Shown here: positions 10,680-20,300 of the stretch, in pieces | How positions within the stretch are numbered: the stretch's first letter is position 1 | Layout: each line of letters begins with the position of its first letter | Translations under genes and position numbers: made by a program | Assembly (NCBI GenBank): GCA_016213895.1 | Contig: JACQZJ010000117.1 | Location: 2,361-66,360 of the forward strand | DNA from: Planctomycetota bacterium | GTDB lineage: Bacteria > Planctomycetota > B15-G4 > JADJEK01 | Direction of reading: 5' to 3' | DNA length: 64,000 nt | Notes under the pieces: model-generated | Database searches by the model: none | Told to the model about the DNA's origin: nothing | What the model saw: only the letters and a program-made list of their open reading frames with translations

Positions 10680-11711
10680 ATGCCCCTTCAGGACACCCAG
10701 GGCCGCCCGCTCAAGAACCTGCGCCTCTCGGTCACCGACCGGTGCAACCTGCGCTGCCTCTACTGCATGCCGGAGGAGCACTACACCTGGCTTCCCCGCG
10801 AGGATGTCCTCTCCTTCCGCGAGATCAGCGACCTGGTGGACGTGTTCTGCGACCTGGGAGTGGACAAGGTGCGCATCACCGGCGGCGAGCCGCTGGTGCG
10901 GCGCGACCTCCCGGTCCTGGTCGAGGAGCTGGCGCGCAAGCGGCGCATCCGCGACCTGGCCCTCACCACGAACGGCGTGCTGCTCGCGGACGCGGCCGCG
11001 GACTTGAAGCGCGCCGGTCTCTTGCGCGTCACGGTCAGCCTGGACACGCTGCGGCCCGAGCGCTTCCTGGCGCTCGCGCGCCAAGACGCCCTGGCGCGCG
11101 TGCTCCTGGGGATCGAGGCGCTCGGCCGCGCGGGCTTCACGCGCACGCGCATCGACTCCGTGCTGCTCAGGGGGATGAACGACGACGAGATTCTCGACCT
11201 GCTCGACTTCGGCCGGGAGGCTGGCGCCGAGGTGCGCTTCATCGAGTACATGGACGTGGGCGGCGCCACGCGCTGGAGCGCGGGCGCGGTCGTGGCGCAG
11301 GGCGAGATCCTGCGGCGCATCGAGGAGGCGCGCGGCCCGGCCCAGGCGCTGCCTGCCTCGCCCGGCGAGGAGTCGGCGCCAGCCAAGCGCTTCCGCTTGG
11401 CGGACGGCACGGTCTTCGGCGTCATCGCCTCGACTACGACGCCCTTTTGCGCCACCTGCGACCGCAGCCGCCTCACGGCCGACGGCACCTGGTACCTGTG
11501 CCTTTACGCGCGCCAGGGCGTGGACCTCAAGACCCCGCTCCGCCAGAACGCCTCGCGCGAGCAACTCGCACGCGTCATCGCCGCCGGCTGGGAGAAGCGC
11601 GCGGACCGCGGCGCGGAGGAGCGCCTCGCCTTGCGCGAGCGCGCGCCGCCGCTCCCGCGGCAGGCGCTCGAGGGCGATCCCAGGCTCGAGATGCACACCC
11701 GCGGCGGCTGA
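10680..11711 (+). CDS. moaA: GTP 3',8-cyclase MoaA (molybdenum cofactor biosynthesis, radical SAM)
   Basis: CNLRCLYCMP radical-SAM motif near the N-terminus, C-terminal second cluster CATCDRSRLTADGTWYLCLY. Confidence 0.85.
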   Translation: MPLQDTQGRPLKNLRLSVTDRCNLRCLYCMPEEHYTWLPREDVLSFREISDLVDVFCDLGVDKVRITGGEPLVRRDLPVLVEELARKRRIRDLALTTNGVLLADAAADLKRAGLLRVTVSLDTLRPERFLALARQDALARVLLGIEALGRAGFTRTRIDSVLLRGMNDDEILDLLDFGREAGAEVRFIEYMDVGGATRWSAGAVVAQGEILRRIEEARGPAQALPASPGEESAPAKRFRLADGTVFGVIASTTTPFCATCDRSRLTADGTWYLCLYARQGVDLKTPLRQNASREQLARVIAAGWEKRADRGAEERLALRERAPPLPRQALEGDPRLEMHTRGG

Positions 11712-11720
11712 CTCTGCCCG

Positions 11721-14474
11721 CTACGGCTTCGTCAGCTCCACGCCGTTCGTGTTGCTGAAGCCGTGCGGCAGCGACGGCTCGGCCACGAAGGCCTGAAGGT
11801 CCACGGTGAAGGCCGGGAGACCCGGCGGGACCACGGCGTTGAAGGCGATGTGCCCGGCGCCCGGCCCGCTGCCGAGGAGCGGCAGGCCGATCTGCACCGG
11901 CAGCACCGGGTAGAGGTTCAGGAAGCACCCGCCGTTCATGGGGATGGCCGCCTGGCTGAGGCCGAAGAAGAGCACGGCGAAGGAGCCGCCGAGCGCCTGC
12001 GTCAGCGCCACGTTGATCGTGCCGCCGTCGCGCACGCAGCCGCTCAAGGCGAGCGCCGGCACGAAGCCGCCGCTGCCGGCGCAGCCGAAGCCGTGGTTCG
12101 TGATCGAGCCCGGGCACTCGTCCGTGTACTGCACCAGGTCGACGCCGTCCTGCGCGCCCGGCTCTGCGGCCACGGCGAGGCGCAGCGTCTCGCTGAAGAC
12201 CATGTCCGAAGGCGAGCCGGTGAGCGGCGTGCTGTCGATCGTGGTGGAGAGCGGCCCGGCGGCCGCGATGCGCACCAGCTGGCCGCCCGTGGTCGCGACG
12301 TAGAGGGTCGAGGTCAAGGGCGAGAAGTGCGCGGCGCGCGACTGCGAGGACAGCGGGATCTGGCCGGCATGCACATGACCCGCGGCCACGTCGATCACGG
12401 CCAGGTGCGGGAAGCTGTAGTCGAAGCTGCCGGCGTAGACGTAGCTGCCCGCGGCATCGCAGGTCAGCGTGAGCGGGAACTCGATCGTCCCCACGGTCTT
12501 GACCTTGGTCTGCGAGGCCAGGCTGATCTGGAACACGTCCACGTTGTCCGAGAACGAGTTGGCCACGTAGCAGTAGGAGCCGCCCGGGCCGAAGAGGGCG
12601 CGCACGGGGAAGTCGCCGGTGGCGAGGCGCGCGATCTCGACCTGGTTCTGCGTGTCGACGACCATGAGCTGGTCGTCGAAGCTGATGCAGAGAACGAGCA
12701 CCGCGCCGTCCGGAGAAAGCGCCATGCCGGAGATCACGTTGTAGGTGTAGATGATCGAGCCCATCTGGCCGGTTACGAGCGACTTGACCACGCTGCTCGC
12801 GGCGCCGTTCAGGTGGATGAAGTGCAGCCGGTCCGTGCCGGCGATGGTCGTGACGTAGGCCCACTGGCTGTCCGGCGAGATCAGGACCTCGGACGGCCGC
12901 TGCGCCACGGCGAGCTGGGCGACGGTCTGGTTCGTGGCGAGGTCGATGATCGAGACCGTGTCCTGGTCGCCGTTCGCCACCACGGCCGTCAAGCCGTTCG
13001 GGCTGACCGCGACGCCGAGGGGCCGGTCGCCGGCCGCCGGGTAGCCGGAGATAGCAGGCGGCGAGAGGTCGACGACCACGGCGTTTCTCGACACGTTGTT
13101 GGCCGCGACCAGGCGCATGCCGTCCTGCGTCAGGGCGAGCGTGCGCGTGGCGTCGCCCTCGTTCTGCTCGCCGCTCGCGGACATGCCCTCGGCAAAGCCC
13201 GAGGCGCCGTTCACGTTGAAGAGCAGCACGTCCTCGCGGAAGCGGTTGTTGAGCGCCGCCACGCGGTAGCTCACCGGGCTCGCGGCCGCGTCGGCGCACG
13301 CCTGGTACGTGATCGTCTTGACGATGGTCTGGCTGGCGACGTCGATGACCCGCGCGTTCAGGTTCGACACGAAGGCGTACTTCCCGTCGTAGGTCAACGC
13401 GATGTCTCCCGGCGAGCCAGTGGCGAGGTTCGCGGTCACGGCGCCGGTCGTCAAGTTGACGAAGATGACGTTGTTCAGCAGGGAGGCGATGGCGTACTGC
13501 TTGTCCGCGCTGATGCGGATGAGCTGGTTGTAGAGCGTGTTGCCCGTGGGGAAGGTGGCGCTCACCGCCGGGGTGACCAGGTCGATCACGGAGATCGCCT
13601 GGTTCGTGCCTTCGTGGCTCACCACGGCCACGGTGCCGTCCGTGCTCACGTCCACCGCCGAGGGCAGCGCGGGCACGGGCAGGGACGCGATGGAGGCGCC
13701 GGTCGTCAGGTCATAGAGCTCCACGGTCGTGCCGGTGCGGGCCGGCAGCACGATGGTCTTGTTGTCCGCCGAGAGCGCGAACTGGGTGAACAGCGATCCG
13801 GAGATGCCGGACTCGGGAGTCGCGAACCAGCCGATCACGCCCTGCGGCGCGCTCGGGATGGAGCGCACCTCGGTGAGGGTCGTCAGGTCGATGATCGAGA
13901 AGGCGGAGTTCAGGGCGTCGTTGATGACGCCGACCACGGCGTACTGGCCGTTCTTGGTGACCCGCACCTGATAGGGCTGCAAGCCGGTGACGGGAACGCT
14001 CGCCGCGACCGAGTGCGTGGACGTGTCGATGACCCAGACGGCGTTCGAGAACACGCACGGCACGACCGCGTAGGGACCGGCGGGCTGGACGGCCACGTCC
14101 ACCGGGTAGTCGCCGACCGTCACCGAGTGCGTGATGCTCTTCGAAGACACGTCGAAGAAGGTCAGCATGTCGGTCTCGGTGTTGGCGATCACCGCTGCGA
14201 GGCCGCTCGGCAGAAAGGCCACCTCGCGCGGCATGTCCGCCTCGGGATGCTCGTCCACGGAGAAGAAGGTCGCGGCGCGCGGGCCGGCGAGCTTCTCGGC
14301 AGACGGCGCGCGGCTCACGGTGCGCGGCGCCTCGTAGTACTCGGTGTGCGGCGCGACCTCCCCCTCGCTGGAGACCGCAGGCGCGAGCGCCTCCTCTCCG
14401 GCGAGCGGCGCGGGCAGGGCGAACGATCCCAGGAGCAGGGCGAGTTCGAGCGCGGAGATCATGGCTGCCTCCAT
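11721..14474 (-). CDS. secreted YVTN-family beta-propeller repeat protein (about 917 aa)
   Basis: N-terminal signal peptide (ALELALLLGSFALPAPLAG). Repeated ~40-aa blades of type 'P.GVAVSPDG..AYVAN..SNTVSVID' throughout. Confidence 0.7.
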   Translation of the reverse strand: MEAAMISALELALLLGSFALPAPLAGEEALAPAVSSEGEVAPHTEYYEAPRTVSRAPSAEKLAGPRAATFFSVDEHPEADMPREVAFLPSGLAAVIANTETDMLTFFDVSSKSITHSVTVGDYPVDVAVQPAGPYAVVPCVFSNAVWVIDTSTHSVAASVPVTGLQPYQVRVTKNGQYAVVGVINDALNSAFSIIDLTTLTEVRSIPSAPQGVIGWFATPESGISGSLFTQFALSADNKTIVLPARTGTTVELYDLTTGASIASLPVPALPSAVDVSTDGTVAVVSHEGTNQAISVIDLVTPAVSATFPTGNTLYNQLIRISADKQYAIASLLNNVIFVNLTTGAVTANLATGSPGDIALTYDGKYAFVSNLNARVIDVASQTIVKTITYQACADAAASPVSYRVAALNNRFREDVLLFNVNGASGFAEGMSASGEQNEGDATRTLALTQDGMRLVAANNVSRNAVVVDLSPPAISGYPAAGDRPLGVAVSPNGLTAVVANGDQDTVSIIDLATNQTVAQLAVAQRPSEVLISPDSQWAYVTTIAGTDRLHFIHLNGAASSVVKSLVTGQMGSIIYTYNVISGMALSPDGAVLVLCISFDDQLMVVDTQNQVEIARLATGDFPVRALFGPGGSYCYVANSFSDNVDVFQISLASQTKVKTVGTIEFPLTLTCDAAGSYVYAGSFDYSFPHLAVIDVAAGHVHAGQIPLSSQSRAAHFSPLTSTLYVATTGGQLVRIAAAGPLSTTIDSTPLTGSPSDMVFSETLRLAVAAEPGAQDGVDLVQYTDECPGSITNHGFGCAGSGGFVPALALSGCVRDGGTINVALTQALGGSFAVLFFGLSQAAIPMNGGCFLNLYPVLPVQIGLPLLGSGPGAGHIAFNAVVPPGLPAFTVDLQAFVAEPSLPHGFSNTNGVELTKP

Positions 14475-14571
14475 TTTCTGGACCCGCAGCCCATGATGCC
14501 GCAGATCGGCGCGCGGCGCAACCGCCCGCCGATGGTGCGGGGGCAGGGGCCCATTCCTGTAACCTCAGGGC

Positions 14572-15048
14572 ATGGCCACGCGCGTGCTCTTCGTCTGCCT
14601 CGGGAACATCTGCCGCTCGCCGCTCGGCAAGGGGATCCTCCGCCACCTCGCGCGCGAGGCCGGGCTTGAAGCCGAGGTCGAGGTCGATTCCGCCGGCACC
14701 GGAACCTGGCGCCTGGGCGAGGAGCCGGACCCGCGCTCCGTCCAGGTCGCGGCGCGAAACGGCATCACCCTCGACCGCGTCCGCTCGCGCCTCGTCACGC
14801 TCGAGGACTTCGCGAAGAACGACCTGATTCTCGCCATGGATGCCAGGATCCTGGCTGACCTCCGCATGCGCTGCCCCGCCCCGCTCCAGCCGCGCCTTAC
14901 CCTCCTGCGCGCCTTCGATCCCGAAGGCCCCGGCGACGTGCCCGATCCCTTCCTCCTCGACGAGTCCGCCTTCGACGCCGTCTTCTCCATCATCCACCGC
15001 TCTTGTGTCCAGCTGCTGGAGCACCTCGCGCCGGGCCCGGGGCGGTGA
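14572..15048 (+). CDS. low-molecular-weight protein-tyrosine phosphatase
   Basis: VLFVCLGNICRSP P-loop (CX5R) at the N-terminus plus a DP motif near the C-terminus; length 158 aa. Confidence 0.8.
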   Translation: MATRVLFVCLGNICRSPLGKGILRHLAREAGLEAEVEVDSAGTGTWRLGEEPDPRSVQVAARNGITLDRVRSRLVTLEDFAKNDLILAMDARILADLRMRCPAPLQPRLTLLRAFDPEGPGDVPDPFLLDESAFDAVFSIIHRSCVQLLEHLAPGPGR

Positions 15049-15326
15049 GGTTGGCGCCTCCGGCCGCACCAGGCTGTCTCGGTGGCGAAACGCCGTTCGC
15101 TCGGCGGCAGCGACCGACCACTCCCCAACCGCGTTCTTCCACTTCATGCCCCGCCGCGCTACTCTGCGCATGGAAGACCACCACGCCGGACCTAACGCCT
15201 GGCTGGGTGGGACCTTCCGGAACGAGGGATCCAGGTGCTGCCGGATGATGCACCACGGGATGCGCTACAGGAAGTCCCAATCGCACAACACCCGACCGCA
15301 CCGTGCACCACGATGAGACGTGACCC

Positions 15327-16121
15327 ATGGGACGAATCCACCCCGACGCCGACGCAGCCTACTTCAGCCGGAAGCCCGAGGTCCGCCCGATCGCCCAGTC
15401 CTTCCTGTCCGCATTTGATGTGACTCGCGGCTTCACCAAGACCCGGGGCCAAGACCGCCTCGAATGCCTCTACCTTCGCGCCGAACCCTTCATCGCGGAG
15501 TTGATCGGGCTTGAGCGTGAGCTTCTTGTGGCCTACGCCCCCTTCCCCCAACTCCAAGCTCGAACCATCAAGCTTCACGACGACGTCGTCTCCGAAGATC
15601 GGATCCGAATCGACCCCGTCGGCACGGTACTCGTATGCGATGATCCGAAGACGACAGCAGCCGCACAGCAGTACCTCGTCACCGACCCAGAACGACCTCC
15701 CATCGTTGCCATCTCGCGTGCCGAGCTTCTGGCTATTCATGACGCTACCGCGCTCCGAGGACTCTTCGTTGAACATCTCTTCCGCCGCGACCTCTTCGCG
15801 CTCGAATCACCCCTCCGCACGGACACCACCTTCTTCGGCCGCACGGACATCGTCGCAGAGCTCTTCGACCGCTTCCGCGGTGGCCAGACTTCCGGGCTCT
15901 TTGGTCTCAGGCGAATCGGCAAGACATCTGTTCTCTATGCGCTCGGCCGCCGTGCGGAGAGCGGCGAGGTAGCGGGATCTGTTTACGTCGATCTCAGCAG
16001 CCCCGGAATCTACCAGCTCCGCTGGTGGGAACTCCTCCAGCGTGTAATGTCTGATCTTGCGAGCCCTCTCGGCCTCCAGCGCGCCGAACGCTCCAAGGTC
16101 AGCGCTATGACCATCCATTAA
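15327..16121 (+). CDS. AAA ATPase, Arch_ATPase (PF01637)-like, N-terminal portion; probably the 5' part of a frameshifted gene
   Basis: FFGRTDIVAELFDRFRGGQTSGLFGLRRIGKTSVLYAL matches the 'FfdReeEl..L…G.RRvGKTsLl' signature. The ORF ends at TAA only about 50 aa after Walker A with no Walker B. Local GC is clearly lower than the surroundings. Confidence 0.55.
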   Translation: MGRIHPDADAAYFSRKPEVRPIAQSFLSAFDVTRGFTKTRGQDRLECLYLRAEPFIAELIGLERELLVAYAPFPQLQARTIKLHDDVVSEDRIRIDPVGTVLVCDDPKTTAAAQQYLVTDPERPPIVAISRAELLAIHDATALRGLFVEHLFRRDLFALESPLRTDTTFFGRTDIVAELFDRFRGGQTSGLFGLRRIGKTSVLYALGRRAESGEVAGSVYVDLSSPGIYQLRWWELLQRVMSDLASPLGLQRAERSKVSAMTIH

Positions 16122-16141
16122 CGCGTGGCCAGTTCGGCTAC

Positions 16142-17113
16142 GTGCTCGCCGGCGTCAACCCTCACATCGTCGAAGCCGACCGTGTCGGGCGCTTCGACAA
16201 TCCCCTCTTCTCGACCACAAGAGCTTTCTTCCTCCGGCCATTCGACTTTCCGACGACGCGTGACATGGTCCGCCGCATTTCGCGCTTCATGGGCCTCCGC
16301 GTCGACGAGGTCGTCTTCAACCTCCTCTTCGAGGAGTACGGAGGGCATCCGTTCCTCGTTAGGCAGGCCTGCAGTCAGCTCGCACGGCATGTGCCGACCC
16401 GGCCCGGACAGCTGACGGCCGCCCTCTTCCAGAACGAGCGCGCGGCAATCGGATTGACCCTCCAGCGCAACGTTCGGCAGATCCTCAACGTCCTCGCCAT
16501 CTGGTACCCGGATGAATACGAGATGGTACAGCTGCTGGCACAAGGCGACGCGGTGAGCTTCATCGAGTTTGCGGTCGGAAGCGCCGAGTTTACCCAACAC
16601 GTCGAGGGATACGGTCTCGTCCGAGACGCGCGGACTGACCCCAGAATATCGCTTGGACTTGTCCGCAGCCACCTTGCCCGACAGCCGCGGCGGGCAGAGG
16701 AATCTGACCCGACAGATCAGGAATCCTTGGTGGTCGAGGTTTCGCGGCGACGCAACCGTATCGAACGTGCAATGCGGCGATTCCTTCGAGAGGGACTACT
16801 CTTCGCTCACGGCAAGAAGGCAATGGCCGAGGCAATGGCGGCGCTGCCCGAGGAGCGGCGCGCCATACTAGCGCAGTTCGGTTACGATCAGATGTGGACT
16901 GAACTGTACTTCAATGAGCTAACATCCATGCTCGATCTTCACTTCTCAGTCTTCCAGAAGCGATGGGGTGCGGACAAAGCATCGGTCATCCAATGGATGA
17001 ACCACGTAAACCGTTGCCGGTCAGACGCGCATGCCAAGCGACTTGGTGCAGACGACGTGGCGTACCTTCGCGTATGCTTTAAGCGGCTAGAGGAACTGCT
17101 TGAGCTTCAGTGA
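16142..17113 (+). CDS. C-terminal continuation of the ATPase (after a +1 frame change) ending in a Swt1-like HEPN motif
   Basis: The frame is open upstream of the annotated GTG across the 16119 TAA of the previous ORF. C-terminal NHVNRCRSDAHAK fits the R-x4-6-H HEPN motif. The ATPase body (Walker B region) would be expected here. Confidence 0.4.
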   Translation: MLAGVNPHIVEADRVGRFDNPLFSTTRAFFLRPFDFPTTRDMVRRISRFMGLRVDEVVFNLLFEEYGGHPFLVRQACSQLARHVPTRPGQLTAALFQNERAAIGLTLQRNVRQILNVLAIWYPDEYEMVQLLAQGDAVSFIEFAVGSAEFTQHVEGYGLVRDARTDPRISLGLVRSHLARQPRRAEESDPTDQESLVVEVSRRRNRIERAMRRFLREGLLFAHGKKAMAEAMAALPEERRAILAQFGYDQMWTELYFNELTSMLDLHFSVFQKRWGADKASVIQWMNHVNRCRSDAHAKRLGADDVAYLRVCFKRLEELLELQ

Positions 17114-17373
17114 CCATCGCCGTCGCAGCCATGGACGCATCGACGCAGTCCTGCAGGTTCTCCTGCATCACCACCGGCGTGCTTTGGAGGCTGCCCTCCG
17201 AGGGGACCGGACGTGCTCATCCAGATTCAGATCCGGCGGGTCCGGCGGCAAGTCAAGGGCAGGCGGGCGGCGCTTGTGCTCCTGCACAGAGCGACCTAAG
17301 AGCTGGAACCTCCGGCAAGGGTGAGCGATCCAGCGAGCGCAGGGTGTGGCACGAGGGACTGGGATGACAGTCT

Positions 17374-20300
17374 GTGACCAGCAGGGAGCGAGGTAACGTG
17401 GCTGAGACCAGCGGCGAGAGTCGGTTCCTCGACGGAGTCGGTCTTCGGCCGGTCACGCTGCCCTCGGGCGGTGCGTTCGTTCCCGTGGGCCTGGCGCTCG
17501 GGCAGGGCACGCAGCCCCAGGAAGTGCTGATCGTCTCTACCGCCGCGGCGCCGAGCGCGACCGCGCTGCGCTCGGCGTGGAGGGCCCGAAACGGCGGCCG
17601 CGCGGCGCCGCTGCTCTTCGTGGCGCTGCACGGCGAGCGGGTTTCCCTGTGCGGGCCGGCCGGCGACGACCCGCCGGCGTACCTGTCCCTGGACCGGGGC
17701 CAGGTCGAGCGGGTTTGCCGCGAGGCGCTCGAGCAGCCCGACCGCCACGCGGCCCTGCGGGCGCTGCGCGACGTGCTCCCGTCGCTCGAGTCCGACCTTG
17801 CGGGCCTGCGCAACGAGGGGTTCCTCGCGACGCACGAGCTGCGTGCGGGCGCAAGGCGTCGCGCCGACTGGGGAGAGGCGGGCCGCAAGGCTCGCGGCGC
17901 CCTCGCCAAGCGCGGCGCGGACCTGCTGCGCGCGCTCGGCTTTGGCATCGAGCGGCACGACGGCGCAACCTCGATCCTGCGCGCGGGCGAGCGCAAGGTC
18001 GCCGTCGCGGTGCTGCTCGCGCGTGATGAGTCGCCCGACCTCTCGGCAGAACGGTTCTCCGGCCTGTCCCCGATCTCATACGCCCTGGCCGTCGCCGACC
18101 GCGAGAGGCTGCCGTGGGTCGTCGTCCAGCACGGCGCGAAGGTGCGTGTCCACCCGACGCAGGTCGGCCAAGGCGTGGGACGGCGCGGACGGACCGAGAC
18201 CTACGTCGAGTGCCACTCCGGGCTCCTCCCCGACGCGGACGCAGCCTACCTCTGGCTGCTCTGCTCGGGCGACGCCCTGGCGCCAGGCGGCACGCTCGAG
18301 CAGATCCTCGAGGCCTCGGGCCGCTTCGCGGGCGACCTGGCCTCGCGCCTGCGCGAGCGGGTCTACCAGTCCGTGGTGCCAGGTCTCGCCCAAGCCATCG
18401 TTCGCACCCGCGGCCTGCGCCAGCCGAGCGCGCAGGACCTGGCCGACACCTACGAGATGGCGCTCACGGTCCTCTTTCGGCTGCTCTTCATCGCCTACGC
18501 CGAGGACAAGGACCTCCTGCCCTACCGCTGGAACGGCCTGTACCAGCGCCGCTCGCTGAAGACCAAGGCGCAGGAGCTGGCGGACCTGGCCCGCAGTGGC
18601 GCTCCCTTCGACGCGAGCGACACGCTCTGGGAAGAGGTGAGCCGCCTCTTCCGCGCCGTGGACCGCGGCAACCGCGAATGGGGCGTGCCGGCCTACGACG
18701 GCGGGCTCTTCTCGGAGGAGCGGGAGGTCTCCGCAGCGGGCGCGCTCCTCGCCGGCCTCTCGATCCCCAACACCGTGTTCGGCCCGGCGCTCGCGGGCCT
18801 CCTGCTCGTCGAGGGTGCCGAGGGCCTCGGTCCTGTGGACTTCCGCAGCCTCGGCGTGCGCGAGTTCGGGACGATCTACGAGGGGCTCCTCGAGAGCGAG
18901 CTGTCGGTCGCGGAGACCGACCTGGCCGTGGACAAGAACGGCGCCTTCCGTCCATGCAGGAAGGCTGAACCGCCCACGGTCGCGCGTGGCGAGGTGTACC
19001 TGCACGACGCCTCGGGGACGCGGAAGTCCACCGGCTCGTACTTCACCAAGTCGTTCGCCGTGGAGCACCTGCTGGAGCGCTCGCTCGAACCCGCGCTCGG
19101 CGAACACCTCGGCCGGCTCGACCAGCTCGGCGAGGAGGAGGCGGGCGAACGCTTCTTCGACTTCCGCGTCGCGGATCTCGCCATGGGCTCCGGGCACTTC
19201 CTGGTCGCGGCCGTGGACCGGATCGAGCGCGCGCTCACGGGCTACCTCTCGCGGCGGCGGCTGCCGGCGGTGGCCGCGGAGCTCTCCAGCCTGCGCGCCG
19301 CCGCGCTGGAGACGCTCGGGCCGCTCGCCGACCAAGTCGAGATCGAAGACACCCAACTCCTGCGCCGCCTGATCGCCCGCCGCTGCATCTACGGCGTCGA
19401 CTTGAACCCGACGGCGCTGCAGCTCGCGCGGCTCTCGATCTGGATCCACACCTTCGTGCCGGGCCTGCCGCTCTCGCTCCTCGACCACAGCCTCGTGCGC
19501 GGCAACTCGCTCGTCGGCATCGGCCGGCTCGCGGAGGTCAAGGAAAAGCTCGAAGAGGGAAGCCTCCCGCTCTTCCCTCTCGATGCGGCCTCGCTGCTCG
19601 GCGCGGCGGCCGAGCCCCTGAAGCGCCTGGCGCGGCTCGCCGACGCCACGGCCTCCGACCTGGCGCGAGCGCGCAGGGCGCAGCAGGCGGCGCTGGCCGC
19701 GGTCGCGCCGGCCGCGGCGCTCTGCGACCTGGTGACCGCCGCGCGACTGGCCTGCGAGATGGTGAAGCTGGACCCCGCGAAGTGGCATGAGATCCGCGAC
19801 CGGCTGCCCGGATCGAAGGAGCACCAGGCCGCTGCCACTCGGCTCGACGGGCTCCACACGTTCCACTTCCCCGTGGCGTTCCCCGAGGTGTTCCTGCGCG
19901 AGCGGCCGGGGTTCGACGTGATCGTTGGGAACCCGCCGTGGCAGGAGGCGACGCTGGAAGAGGACGCGTTCTGGGCAAGGCACTCGCCCGGGCTGCGCTC
20001 GCTCCCGCAGCGCGAGCAGGAGGTGGCGAAAGCGAAGCTCCGCCGCGAGCGGCTCGACTTGTTCGCGACCTACGAGCGCGAGCTGGCGGAGGCAGAGGTG
20101 CTGCGGCGCGCGCTCACGGCTGGGCCGTACCCGGGAATGGGCACGGGCGACCCGGACCTCTACAAGGCCTTCTGCTGGCGCTTCTGGAACCTAGCCTGCG
20201 AGGACGGCGGGCGCATCGGCGTTGTCCTGCCGCGCTCGGCGCTTGCGGCCAAGGGCTCGACGGAGTTCCGGCAGGAGCTGTTCTCGCACGCCGAGGCTGT

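Noticed and set aside
9723-11711. 662-aa ORF overlapping sufS/sufU/sufT
   Set aside because: Only the last 343 codons (from ATG 10680) match MoaA. The 5' extension is an alternative-frame read across three well-supported genes.
11763-14669. 968-aa plus-strand ORF
   Set aside because: Antisense to the YVTN beta-propeller gene; His/Arg/Gly-rich nonsense composition.
15049-15326. Possible tRNA or att site at the island boundary
   Set aside because: Reading the 278-bp intergenic region, and the other intergenic gaps over 200 bp, revealed no tRNA-like cloverleaf (no GTTC-RA T-loop with a matching acceptor stem) and no obvious direct repeat. This cannot be excluded without a tRNA-scan or an alignment to relatives.
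18076-19983. 635-aa minus-strand ORF
   Set aside because: Antisense to the methyltransferase gene, which carries clear catalytic motifs.
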